This document shows positions 37,316 to 46,571 of a stretch of 64,000 bases of DNA, in pieces. Where the stretch lies: contig CACJNS010000001.1 of the NCBI GenBank assembly GCA_902594855.1, positions 561,335 to 625,334 on the forward strand, given 5' to 3'. How positions within the stretch are numbered: the first letter of the stretch is position 1; every line of letters begins with the position of its first letter. The notes beneath the pieces were generated by a model, which made no database searches, was not told the origin of the DNA, and saw only the letters and a list, made by a program, of their open reading frames with translations. Origin of the DNA: an uncultured SAR86 cluster bacterium. GTDB taxonomy: Bacteria; Pseudomonadota; Gammaproteobacteria; Magnimaribacterales; AG-339-G14. A program made the position numbers and the translations under genes.

Positions 37316-38883
37316 ATTTCTTCTCCCAGAGATCTGGCTTTTTCATAGATTTCAGCCTCATCATTTTTAAGATATTTACAAGCAACAGCAAGCAACCCAA
37401 AAGGCAAAACAAGAACCAAAAGCGTTAAGGTCATAGCATTTTTTAGTGCAGGGCCAGGAAGAAGTCCTGAATTAATATAAATATCACTGACCATTCCAGT
37501 TAAATAAGGCCCAAGAGCTAATCCAATCATGCTCAACATTAATATAAAAAATGCACTTGCAACCGCTCTCAACCGAGGAAGAACTAATTCTGTAACAGTT
37601 GAAGCTGCACAACCTAACCATGCAGTAGAAGCAATGTGATAAACGAATTTCCAAGTAAATGAAGCAACTAAATTTTCTGAATGAATAAAACCTATAGCAG
37701 TAACACCAGTTAATACAGCCGAAGCCATTATTAAATAAAGCTTGCCATTAACATAAGTCTCCCTGAGTTTATCGCCAAGGATGCCTCCACAAATAACCCC
37801 AATCATTGAACCGAATACAGTAATCAAGCCATAAATAATTCCAACTTCAGTAGCAGTCATTGAAAAATTTCTTATGTAAAAAGATGGTCCAAAAGCACCC
37901 AAGGCATAGGTTACAAACGTTATGAAAGGAAAAGAGAGAAGACCCAGCAAGAGAGCTTTGCTTTTGAATATCAACAAAAATGCAACCGGATCTCTATTTT
38001 TTAAGCCGTGTATCCAATTACAAATTACGTAAACACCGATTCCAAAAGCAGTCCATTGAAGAAAGTCTCCAGTTAGAACGTAAAGATAATAAGAAGCGAG
38101 AAAAATTAAAACAGTAAAGATAATATTTATAGAAAGCTCTTTTTTGAAGTTATCTGATCCTACTAAGCCAAAAGGAGTTAAGCCGACTAACTCTCTGAAA
38201 GTTTCCTTTAAAGGATTTTTTGATTCTGAGCTAATTAAACCTTCACTCAATCCTCTTGGTGGTTCTTTAATTTGCCAAGTCAAAAGAGCTAAAAGCATAC
38301 CCGGTATGCCAACTGCCATAAAAGCTACTTGCCATCCTTTTAAACCAAATGGAGCTTCTGAAATAATTGGGTATGCATTATTCCAGTTATCAACGATCAG
38401 ACCTCCTATGAAAATACCTATTCCGGAACCTATGTAAAGTCCGCTAGCGTATATTGAGATCACGGTTGCTCTGACCTTAGGAGAGAAATAGTCAGCTAAA
38501 AGAGAATATGCTGATGGGCTTGCACTGGATTCTCCTATCCCAACGCCAAATCTATATACAGATAAAGCCAAAAAAGATTTGGCAGTTCCAGATAAAAAAG
38601 TCATGAAACTCCAAAAAGCTAAGCCGATACTAATTAAGTTTTTACGATTCCATGTATCAGCCAGTTTTCCCATGGGAATTCCAACAACTGAATAAAAAAC
38701 AGCAAAAGCTGTTCCGTATAAGAAGCCTATATCGCTATCCGATATACCTAGGTCAGCTTTGATATCTTCAGCAAGAATAGTAAGTATCTGTCTATCAATA
38801 AAATTGAAAACATAGACAAGCACAAGCAATGCGAGAGCAAACTTTGCGCTCCTTCCGCCGACTTCTGGAATTCCTTTATTCAA
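37312..38883 (-). CDS. MFS transporter (large, ~14 TM-like)
   Basis: FNFIDRQIL and GKLADTWNRK (MFS loop 2-3 motif). 523 aa. Confidence 0.7.
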   Translation of the reverse strand: MNKGIPEVGGRSAKFALALLVLVYVFNFIDRQILTILAEDIKADLGISDSDIGFLYGTAFAVFYSVVGIPMGKLADTWNRKNLISIGLAFWSFMTFLSGTAKSFLALSVYRFGVGIGESSASPSAYSLLADYFSPKVRATVISIYASGLYIGSGIGIFIGGLIVDNWNNAYPIISEAPFGLKGWQVAFMAVGIPGMLLALLTWQIKEPPRGLSEGLISSESKNPLKETFRELVGLTPFGLVGSDNFKKELSINIIFTVLIFLASYYLYVLTGDFLQWTAFGIGVYVICNWIHGLKNRDPVAFLLIFKSKALLLGLLSFPFITFVTYALGAFGPSFYIRNFSMTATEVGIIYGLITVFGSMIGVICGGILGDKLRETYVNGKLYLIMASAVLTGVTAIGFIHSENLVASFTWKFVYHIASTAWLGCAASTVTELVLPRLRAVASAFFILMLSMIGLALGPYLTGMVSDIYINSGLLPGPALKNAMTLTLLVLVLPFGLLAVACKYLKNDEAEIYEKARSLGEEI

Positions 38884-39300
38884 TTATTTAGCCAATGCAA
38901 CAGCTGATCCAGTTATGACAGTGACATCATCTTGATTAGTTGTTTCAATATTCAAATCTACGAGAGTCTCTCCATTTTCTTCTCTGATTGACATTACAGT
39001 AGCTTTGCTTGTGAGGGTGTCTCCAGGCCAGACCTGATTAGTGAATCTAACTCCAAATTTTTTTAATGAAGCATCCCCAACATAATTGGTAAGCATTTTT
39101 CCTGTTAAGCCCATTGAAAGCATTCCGTGGGCAAAAACAGATGGATAACCAACTACCTTAGTAGTAAATATTTCATCGCTATGTAGAGGATTGTAATCAC
39201 CAGAGGCACCAGCGTATTGAACTATTTGAGTTCTTTTAAGGTCTTCAACAACCACCTCAGAGTGGGTATCTCCAACATTAATTTTTGATTTATCTAACAT
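38884..39300 (-). CDS. MaoC-like (R)-specific hydratase hotdog protein
   Basis: Hydratase-2 motif ASGDYNPLHSDE. Confidence 0.75.
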   Translation of the reverse strand: MLDKSKINVGDTHSEVVVEDLKRTQIVQYAGASGDYNPLHSDEIFTTKVVGYPSVFAHGMLSMGLTGKMLTNYVGDASLKKFGVRFTNQVWPGDTLTSKATVMSIREENGETLVDLNIETTNQDDVTVITGSAVALAK

Positions 39301-39309
39301 TTGATTCTC

Positions 39310-39816
39310 CTAATTTTCTACTGGTTTTTCTGTTTGAACGCCGACTCCAGTAGCCGTTACAACTAGTTCTCCATTTTGATCTCTGAATTCTGTAACTGAT
39401 TCACTAAACTTGAGTTTACCGGCTCTTTTACTATCTTTTTCCCAAGTTTTACCTGGTTTTGTTTCTGGCGTGAGAATATCTCCAGGTCTAACAGGTCTAT
39501 GATATTCAAAATGTTGTTCTGCATGGAGCCCCATTGCTGCACCGCCGCCATTACCACCTGAAGAAGATCCCTCTTTTTTGGCGCCAGTTGGTTCTTTTCC
39601 TGAACCAAACCAACCCTTACCATCTATCTTTGGTCTTAAAAAGTAATCAGGATCAAACTGTGCACTTGCTTGTGTAAAGGTTGGAGGAGCGATTATTGAA
39701 CCTACATCTGAATCATTTGCATGATCTTCGTCATAGTAAATTGGATTAGGGTCTCCTATTGATCTCGCAAACATCATGATGTGACTTTTCTCAATGGGCA
39801 TATCTTTTTTTGACAT
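39310..39816 (-). CDS. MaoC N-terminal-type hotdog protein (probable non-catalytic partner)
   Basis: Degenerate motif ARSIGDPNPIYYDE and a Gly-rich insert SSSGGNGGGAAMG. Adjacent to the catalytic hotdog subunit. Confidence 0.55.
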   Translation of the reverse strand: MSKKDMPIEKSHIMMFARSIGDPNPIYYDEDHANDSDVGSIIAPPTFTQASAQFDPDYFLRPKIDGKGWFGSGKEPTGAKKEGSSSGGNGGGAAMGLHAEQHFEYHRPVRPGDILTPETKPGKTWEKDSKRAGKLKFSESVTEFRDQNGELVVTATGVGVQTEKPVEN

Positions 39817-39832
39817 AATTTTCTCCTTTTAA

Positions 39833-40894
39833 CTAAGTTCTGTCTTTTACAAGATCCCAAGCAGATTCTGCAAGTAATCTTGCCCTCATTCCTGTCTCTT
39901 CAGCATTGACTCCAGCTGCAGTACCGTCTCTTACTCTCCCCATGATGCCTTGAAATATTCCGGCTAATTTGAATAAATTAAAAGACATGTAAAGATCCCA
40001 TTCTGAGTCAATGTAATAATCAACCTTGTCGGCATAGAGCTTTAGGTATTCTTTTTCAGTTGGAATTCCTAAATTCTTACATTGAGCTGCATCCGAGAGA
40101 ATAGGGTTCAGTTTATATTGCAAACAGTGATAACTGAAATCTGCCATTGGATCTCCGAGAGTTGAAAGTTCCCAATCCAATATTGAAGCCACCTGATCAG
40201 ATTCATTATCAATAATGACATTTGTGAGACTAAAATCACCGTGCACTAGACACAGAGGTTTTTCAGTAGGTAAATTCTCAGGCAACCATTCCATTAAATT
40301 ATTCATTGCTTCAATAGTTTCAGTCTCAGATGCAACATATTGCTTAGACCATCTCGAAACTTGTCTGGCCACATAATTTCCAGGCCTTCCATAATCTTCA
40401 AGGCCAATATCACTAGGATTTACATTATGTAATTTATAGATGGTTTCACTTAAAGATTTATAGATATCACTTCTTTGTTTGTTATCTTTAGCTTCAGGAA
40501 TATGAGACTCCCAAAAAACAGTTCCTTCTACAAAACTCATTAAGAAAAATTCTGTTCCTATTACGCTTTCATCCTCGCAGTGAAGATATGCAATAGGTAC
40601 TGGAACGTCTGTCATATTTAGAGCTTTAATAACTTTGTATTCTCTATCCACAGCATGAGCTGATTTCAGAAGCAGGCCGGGAGGTTTTCTTCGGAGAACG
40701 TATGAATCAGTCGATGTTTTTATAAGGTATGTAGGATTTGATTGACCGCCTTTGAATTCTTCTACGGTAATTGGCCCGCTGAAATTTTCCAAATGCTCAG
40801 CCAAATAATCATTCAATTTTTTGGTATCAAACCCATGCTTTTCCGAAACTGGCATGGTGCCAGCAAAAAGCTCACTAGTATTCTGATCAGTCAA
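39833..40894 (-). CDS. Phosphotransferase (APH/ChoK-like kinase fold) family protein
   Basis: Catalytic loop LVHGDFSLTNVII and metal-binding ILDWELSTLGDP. Confidence 0.7.
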   Translation of the reverse strand: MTDQNTSELFAGTMPVSEKHGFDTKKLNDYLAEHLENFSGPITVEEFKGGQSNPTYLIKTSTDSYVLRRKPPGLLLKSAHAVDREYKVIKALNMTDVPVPIAYLHCEDESVIGTEFFLMSFVEGTVFWESHIPEAKDNKQRSDIYKSLSETIYKLHNVNPSDIGLEDYGRPGNYVARQVSRWSKQYVASETETIEAMNNLMEWLPENLPTEKPLCLVHGDFSLTNVIIDNESDQVASILDWELSTLGDPMADFSYHCLQYKLNPILSDAAQCKNLGIPTEKEYLKLYADKVDYYIDSEWDLYMSFNLFKLAGIFQGIMGRVRDGTAAGVNAEETGMRARLLAESAWDLVKDRT

Positions 40895-40919
40895 TTAATT
40901 CTCCCTGCTGATGTATTTT

Positions 40920-41639
40920 TTAATTTAAAGATCTTCCGCCGTCAACCCTAATAATTTGACCGGTTATATATTTATTTTCTACTAAATGAAACACTGCAGA
41001 AGATATATCCTCTGCGCTTCCAATCCTTCCTAAAGGAATGTTCATAAGAATTTGTTCATCTGGATCAGGATTTTGCTCTGGCCAAAGGATAGCTCCTGGG
41101 GCAACTCCGTTTACCCTAATCTCTGGTGCAAGTTTCCTGGCTAATGATCTAGTTATGGTTTCTAATCCCCCTTTAGCAATTGAATAAATTGGAAACTTTT
41201 CCATTCCTCTAATTACCATTGCATCAGTGATATTCACTATCGACCCATAATTTTTTTTCAATTCATCTTTAAAGTTTGAGACTAAGTAATAAGGGGCTTT
41301 AACATTAGAATTTATTAAGTCATTCCAATTAGACCCTTCATTAATTTCTAGGTCATCGCTATAAAAAGTAGAAGCATTATTTACAAGTACATCTAATCGA
41401 CCAAAGATATCTTTAACTTCGTTACAGAAGTTGTTTATTCCTTCAATATCGTTAAGGTCATATTGAATTATTTCACAACTGTTTTCTCTCTCTGTATTAA
41501 GTTGATCTTTAAGATTTTCTGCTTCTTTTTCAGAATTATTGAAATGACAAATAATATTGAAATCATTTTTATGAAAATATTCACATATGGATTTACCAAT
41601 TCTTTTTGATCCTCCTGAAACAAAAATAGTTTTTTTCAT
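40920..41639 (-). CDS. Short-chain dehydrogenase, pteridine reductase (FolM/PTR1)-like
   Basis: IFVSGGSKRIGKSI and catalytic YSIAK. The pteridine assignment is by resemblance only. Confidence 0.5.
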   Translation of the reverse strand: MKKTIFVSGGSKRIGKSICEYFHKNDFNIICHFNNSEKEAENLKDQLNTERENSCEIIQYDLNDIEGINNFCNEVKDIFGRLDVLVNNASTFYSDDLEINEGSNWNDLINSNVKAPYYLVSNFKDELKKNYGSIVNITDAMVIRGMEKFPIYSIAKGGLETITRSLARKLAPEIRVNGVAPGAILWPEQNPDPDEQILMNIPLGRIGSAEDISSAVFHLVENKYITGQIIRVDGGRSLN

Positions 41640-42733
41640 AAATTGGTTCTCGCTATTCTAATAATGTTAAGTCTCAACTCTGAAAGTTTAGATTTTTTAT
41701 CTTCATCTTTCATGTCTTTTAATGAGTGGTTAATTTCAATCTTTGATTCCTCAAGCTTATCTGCAATATTTAACATTAATGAAGGCTCTAAAGATAAACT
41801 TGAACCTCTTAATTTTAGTAAATCGCCGCATAGCTCCATTGCTTTTCTTGCAGAAGATGACTCTCTAAAAAAAGACATTTTGTGAAGGCTATCTAGAATT
41901 TCTAAATCAGAATTTTTCTGAGTAAATAATCGAATACATTCTTGAATCTTGTCAGATAACTTTGAAAACTTTTTTGGTATTTTTAGAAGTTCATTGGTTT
42001 TCTTTTGATCTATTGAAAGTGAATTAACAGCAGCCCATCTTTCAACATCTCCAACATACTTCTTTTTTACATGCTCTATTAGATCAATAACTTCTCTTAT
42101 GTCACGTAAATTGAAAAAATAATGCAAGCAATCAGCCTTATTTAATACACTGAAGTATTCTTCTGGATGTTCAGAAATCAACGCTTTTTGAGTTTCTATC
42201 CAAACTCTTTCGGCAGATAAAGATAAAAATTCATCCTTGCTGAACTTTGTTTGCATCAAGTTGATTGTTTCGTCTGATACTTTAAATCCAAAAGATTTCA
42301 GAGCTGCGGCAAATCTTGCACACCTAAACACTCGAAGGGGGTCTTCTGTAAAAAATTCTGAGACATGTTTAATTAATTTATTATTTATGTCTGCTACACC
42401 AGCGAATGGATCAATAAGCTCGCCGTTGTCTTTTTTAGCGATAGCATTCATTGTGAAATCTCTTCTCTTAAGATCTTCTTCGATTGTAACCGAGGGATCA
42501 AAAATAAATTTAAATCCTTGATGACCAGGAGATACTTTTTTTTCTTTTCTAGCTAAAGCATATTCCTCCCTAGTTTCTGGATGGAGAAAAACCGGAAATT
42601 GACTATTTATCTTTTTAAATTTTTTAGCTAAAAGATCCTCCTCAGTTGAGCCAACAACAACCCAATCTTTTTCTTTTATTTCACGGCCAATAAGTTCATC
42701 TCTGACAGCTCCGCCAACTAAATAGACATTCAT
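41636..42733 (-). CDS. cca: CCA-adding tRNA nucleotidyltransferase without HD domain
   Basis: VYLVGGAVRDELIG, FPVFLHPETREEYALAR and RRDFTMNA are collinear with E. coli Cca up to ~aa 215. No HD dipeptide occurs anywhere in the C-terminal part. Confidence 0.85.
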   Translation of the reverse strand: MNVYLVGGAVRDELIGREIKEKDWVVVGSTEEDLLAKKFKKINSQFPVFLHPETREEYALARKEKKVSPGHQGFKFIFDPSVTIEEDLKRRDFTMNAIAKKDNGELIDPFAGVADINNKLIKHVSEFFTEDPLRVFRCARFAAALKSFGFKVSDETINLMQTKFSKDEFLSLSAERVWIETQKALISEHPEEYFSVLNKADCLHYFFNLRDIREVIDLIEHVKKKYVGDVERWAAVNSLSIDQKKTNELLKIPKKFSKLSDKIQECIRLFTQKNSDLEILDSLHKMSFFRESSSARKAMELCGDLLKLRGSSLSLEPSLMLNIADKLEESKIEINHSLKDMKDEDKKSKLSELRLNIIRIARTNL

Positions 42734-42737
42734 TGGG

Positions 42738-43553
42738 TCAGTTTATTTTATTTACCGAAAATTTTCTTCCATCCTCTAGTCTCATTGCAGTTAATTTCTT
42801 GTTCCATACGCAACCAGTATCAAGAGCATGGATTCTTTCTATATTTGTTTTCCCTTCTAGAGCAGCCCAATGACCAAAAACTACTGATCTGTGTTTCTTC
42901 ATAATTTTTAAATCATAAGAAAACCAAGCTTTGAAATTATCCTTAAGTTCACTTTTTTTGCCTTTGAACCTCAAGTCCATTTCTTCATTTTCATCTACTG
43001 CCCTGACTCTTGTGAGCCAATCGACCCAATCTTTAAGGCTTTTTTTATCTTTTAATAACTTAGGCACTTTTCTTTTATGATCATAAATCATTTTTAAGGT
43101 CTTTTTTGGATTATTTATAAGAGCTTTCTTTATTTTTCTGTTAACTTCCGTTAATGATTTTTTTGTGGCTGATTTGGGAAAACCGGCATGAACCATAATA
43201 AATTCTCTTCTCCCAATTTTAATCTCTCTTACAAGCGGCTGTTTAGTAAGCCACTTTGCTAATTCGTCAATATCTTGGGAATTTAATAAATCACTTAAAG
43301 TATCAAATTTATTTGGTTTTCTTACACCATAATAAATAGCTAGAAAATGTAGATCGTGATTTCCTAAAACAGTCCTTATTGCTTTGCGATTATCATATAC
43401 ATGCTTTAGAACAGATAATGAAGCTGGTCCTCTATTGATCAAATCCCCTGTAAGCCAAATAAAATCTTTTTTTGAATCGAATTTAATTTTATTCAATAGG
43501 AGTGAATACTCATCAAAGCATCCTTGGATATCGCCGATAACATAATTAGCCAC
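42738..43553 (-). CDS. apaH: Bis(5'-nucleosyl)-tetraphosphatase, symmetrical
   Basis: GDIQGC, GDLINRGP, GNHD. Confidence 0.9.
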   Translation of the reverse strand: MANYVIGDIQGCFDEYSLLLNKIKFDSKKDFIWLTGDLINRGPASLSVLKHVYDNRKAIRTVLGNHDLHFLAIYYGVRKPNKFDTLSDLLNSQDIDELAKWLTKQPLVREIKIGRREFIMVHAGFPKSATKKSLTEVNRKIKKALINNPKKTLKMIYDHKRKVPKLLKDKKSLKDWVDWLTRVRAVDENEEMDLRFKGKKSELKDNFKAWFSYDLKIMKKHRSVVFGHWAALEGKTNIERIHALDTGCVWNKKLTAMRLEDGRKFSVNKIN

Positions 43554-44331
43554 TTTGAATACTTTTAGCTAATTTTATATAGGTCTCTACAGATAGGTTT
43601 TCAGGACGAGATTTTCTCTCAATACCAAGATTAACAAGATCTTCCTCGGTGAAGAAGGACTTCAGGCTGTTAGTGATTAATTTTCTTCTTTTTGAAAAAG
43701 CTTCCCTTGTTAAGATTGATAAGTTCTTCATCAGAATAGAATTAGGTGTCTTGTCCGAAACTTTAGGAATGAGTTTTAAAAATATGCTTTGAACCTTTGG
43801 AGAAGGAGTAAAAGATGATTTATCCACCTCTCTAATTACGGTTACATCGAAAAAACATTGAACAAATATTGATAATCTTCCATAAGATTTTGTATTAGGT
43901 TGAGCAACACACCTTTCACCAAATTCTTTTTGTAACATTAGAAAAATTTCATCAAATGATGATTTGTTATCAATAATCCACTCAATTATTGGTGTAGAGA
44001 TATTGTAAGGTATATTACCTATGAGCTTATTTACTCTAACAAGCTCTTTTGGATCATAAAGAAGAATATCTTTTTCGATCAGGTTAAAATTTTTTCTATC
44101 CCCATAAGCTTTTTTTAAGAATCTTATTAAATCCTTATCAATTTCAATTGCAGTTAGAGACTCACAGTTTTCGAGCAGGAGACTTGTCATTGCACCTTTT
44201 CCAGGCCCTATTTCTAAAAGATGATCGATTTCCTGAACGTTTATTTCTTCAATTAACTCTTCAATTAATTGAAAATCAGAAAGAAAATTTTGACCGAAAA
44301 ATTTTTTTGGTTTTAGGTTATTTTTTTTCAT
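43546..44331 (-). CDS. rsmA: 16S rRNA (adenine1518/1519-N6)-dimethyltransferase
   Basis: KKFFGQNFL and LEIGPGKGAMT. Confidence 0.9.
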   Translation of the reverse strand: MKKNNLKPKKFFGQNFLSDFQLIEELIEEINVQEIDHLLEIGPGKGAMTSLLLENCESLTAIEIDKDLIRFLKKAYGDRKNFNLIEKDILLYDPKELVRVNKLIGNIPYNISTPIIEWIIDNKSSFDEIFLMLQKEFGERCVAQPNTKSYGRLSIFVQCFFDVTVIREVDKSSFTPSPKVQSIFLKLIPKVSDKTPNSILMKNLSILTREAFSKRRKLITNSLKSFFTEEDLVNLGIERKSRPENLSVETYIKLAKSIQSG

Positions 44332-45298
44332 CCAATGAAGCTAAGGCTGTTTCAAGAGCAAGTTTCATGCTTGAAAAATCTGCATTCATATCATCTGCGA
44401 TATCAAGAGCTGTACCGTGATCAACAGAAATTCTGAGATAGGGTAATCCAAAAGTTATGTTTAATGTTTGCCTGAATCCAAGAATTTTTGCAGGTATCAT
44501 TCCTTGATCATGAAACATGGCTAAAAAGGCATCATAATGAGATAGGTTTTTTTCTGAAAAAGCTGTATCCGCAGATATTGGACCATCAACAGTTACCTCT
44601 CTTTGATCAAATTTTTTTATTCCTTTTAATATCGTTGTTGATTCTTCGGTTCCTATATAGCCACCTTCTCCTGCATGGGGATTTAATCCCAACACACATA
44701 TTTTCAAGTTTTCTTTTTTTAGAAGTCTCTTTAGACCCAAACTTAAAACTTTTAATTTGTTGTAAATTAAGTCTTCAGTAATGCTCTCGCTAACTTTTTT
44801 AATGGGTACGTGAGTAGTGGCTAAACCTATCTTTATTTTTTCATTCGCCATCAACATTAAAGGCGAAATAATTTTTGCATGTTCAGCCAAAAATTCAGTG
44901 TGACCAGAAAAATCAGTTCCGGAAGCAGATATTGTTTCTTTATTAATAGGACCAGTAACTAATATATTGTTAGTGTTGTCCATGCAATGTCCTGCACAGG
45001 CGGTTAATACTTCTAAAACATATTTAGCATTGTTTACAGAGGAAGATCCAAGAACCGGCTTTTCTTGAAGTGGGATATTAATTATTTCAATTAGTTTTGA
45101 GCTTGATGCCGTTTTTGAGACTCCATACGGGATGAACTCAAATCCTAATTTCAAAGATGCTGATAAATTTTCAAGATATTGAATATCTCCAGCAATAACA
45201 AATTTGCGTGTTTCGTTTAAATTATTAAGAGATTTAAGAGTTATTTCTGGACCAATGCCTGCGGGATCGCCAGGACTTATAAAAACATGAGAGCTCAT
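44318..45298 (-). CDS. pdxA: 4-hydroxythreonine-4-phosphate dehydrogenase
   Basis: GDPAGIGPEI, GHTEFLAEH, ISVDHGTALD. Confidence 0.9.
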   Translation of the reverse strand: MSSHVFISPGDPAGIGPEITLKSLNNLNETRKFVIAGDIQYLENLSASLKLGFEFIPYGVSKTASSSKLIEIINIPLQEKPVLGSSSVNNAKYVLEVLTACAGHCMDNTNNILVTGPINKETISASGTDFSGHTEFLAEHAKIISPLMLMANEKIKIGLATTHVPIKKVSESITEDLIYNKLKVLSLGLKRLLKKENLKICVLGLNPHAGEGGYIGTEESTTILKGIKKFDQREVTVDGPISADTAFSEKNLSHYDAFLAMFHDQGMIPAKILGFRQTLNITFGLPYLRISVDHGTALDIADDMNADFSSMKLALETALASLDEKK

Positions 45299-46569
45299 GA
45301 TTTTATTTTTATGTTCACATATGATTCTGCTCTCATTTCGCTAAGAGTTTTTTCTAATTGTTCTTCATACTTTCTATCAAATAGAATTTGATAAGCTCTA
45401 TTTTTTTGAATGTTTAAGGAAATGTCTTCTTCTCGTCTATCTAAAACTTCAACAATGTGCCATCCGAAATTTGACTTGAAGGGTTTACTAACTTGATTTA
45501 TTTCAAGGGAATCCATGACTTCTTCAAACTTAGGATCAAATCTACCAGGACCAGTCCAGCTTAATTCTCCACCTTCCATCTTGCTACCTGGATCATCTGA
45601 ATATAACCGAGCTAAGTCAGAAAATTTATCCTCGTTTTGGCTTCTGTTGTAAAGGTCTTCGATAAGATCCTTGGCTTGCTTCTCACTTCTTATTTCGGAA
45701 GTTTGTATCAAGATATGCCTGGCTAAAGTTTGTTTTTCAATTTTAATATCCCTTCCTTTTTTGTCTTTTAATTTAATCAAATGCAATCCTGCGCCGCTCT
45801 TGAAAGGCCCAGCAATCTCACCTTTTCTCAAGGAAGAAATTTCATTAGCAAAAAGCGTTGGAATTTCATTGATTTTCCTCCACCCCAAAGAACCTTCATT
45901 ATTAGCTTCTTCTCCAGAAGAGTATTCTTTTGCAAGATCTCCAAAATCCATCTCGGCAGATATTTTTTCTTTTAATGAATCAATGATTGATGAAGCAGTT
46001 TCTTCATCTTGTTCTCTATTAATTGGAATCAAAATTTGTTGGATTAAAAATTCTGCAGACAGATTGACTTGTCCTTCTTGAGAGCTAATAAAGTTGTCCA
46101 GTTCTTGTTCCGATATGTACACCTTTGATTGCACCAGACCCCTTTGTATTCTAGAGAGTATCATTTCTTTCCTTACTTGTTCGCGAACAAATTCATAGGA
46201 TTCTCCTTGTTCTTCTAAAAATGACCTAAAATCTTGAAGGGAGAGACCATTCCCTTGAGCAATTTGAGCCATGGATTCATTTAGTTCTTGGTCTGATATT
46301 CTTACTCCCGCTCTTTGAGCCTTTTGAAGTTGTATTTCCTCAATAATCATTCTCTCAATGATCTGCTCAAATAAGACTTCTTGAGGGGGAAGGGGAGTTT
46401 CACTTTGTTTTAAAGATTCTACAATTTGCTCAATTCTTTTGTTAACTTCTGACTCTAAAATTATTCCATCCTCAACAACAACTGCTACTTTGTCTAATAA
46501 TTCGATAGCTGCGTTTGTCATGGGGCTAACTAAAAAAATTAACAGAAATAATTTATATTTATTCATCAT
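45295..46569 (-). CDS. surA: Periplasmic chaperone/PPIase SurA
   Basis: Signal peptide, N-terminal chaperone region and two parvulin-like segments (ARHILIQ...; GWHIVEVLDRR). Sits between lptD and pdxA. Confidence 0.85.
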   Translation of the reverse strand: MMNKYKLFLLIFLVSPMTNAAIELLDKVAVVVEDGIILESEVNKRIEQIVESLKQSETPLPPQEVLFEQIIERMIIEEIQLQKAQRAGVRISDQELNESMAQIAQGNGLSLQDFRSFLEEQGESYEFVREQVRKEMILSRIQRGLVQSKVYISEQELDNFISSQEGQVNLSAEFLIQQILIPINREQDEETASSIIDSLKEKISAEMDFGDLAKEYSSGEEANNEGSLGWRKINEIPTLFANEISSLRKGEIAGPFKSGAGLHLIKLKDKKGRDIKIEKQTLARHILIQTSEIRSEKQAKDLIEDLYNRSQNEDKFSDLARLYSDDPGSKMEGGELSWTGPGRFDPKFEEVMDSLEINQVSKPFKSNFGWHIVEVLDRREEDISLNIQKNRAYQILFDRKYEEQLEKTLSEMRAESYVNIKIKS

Positions 46570-46571
46570 AT

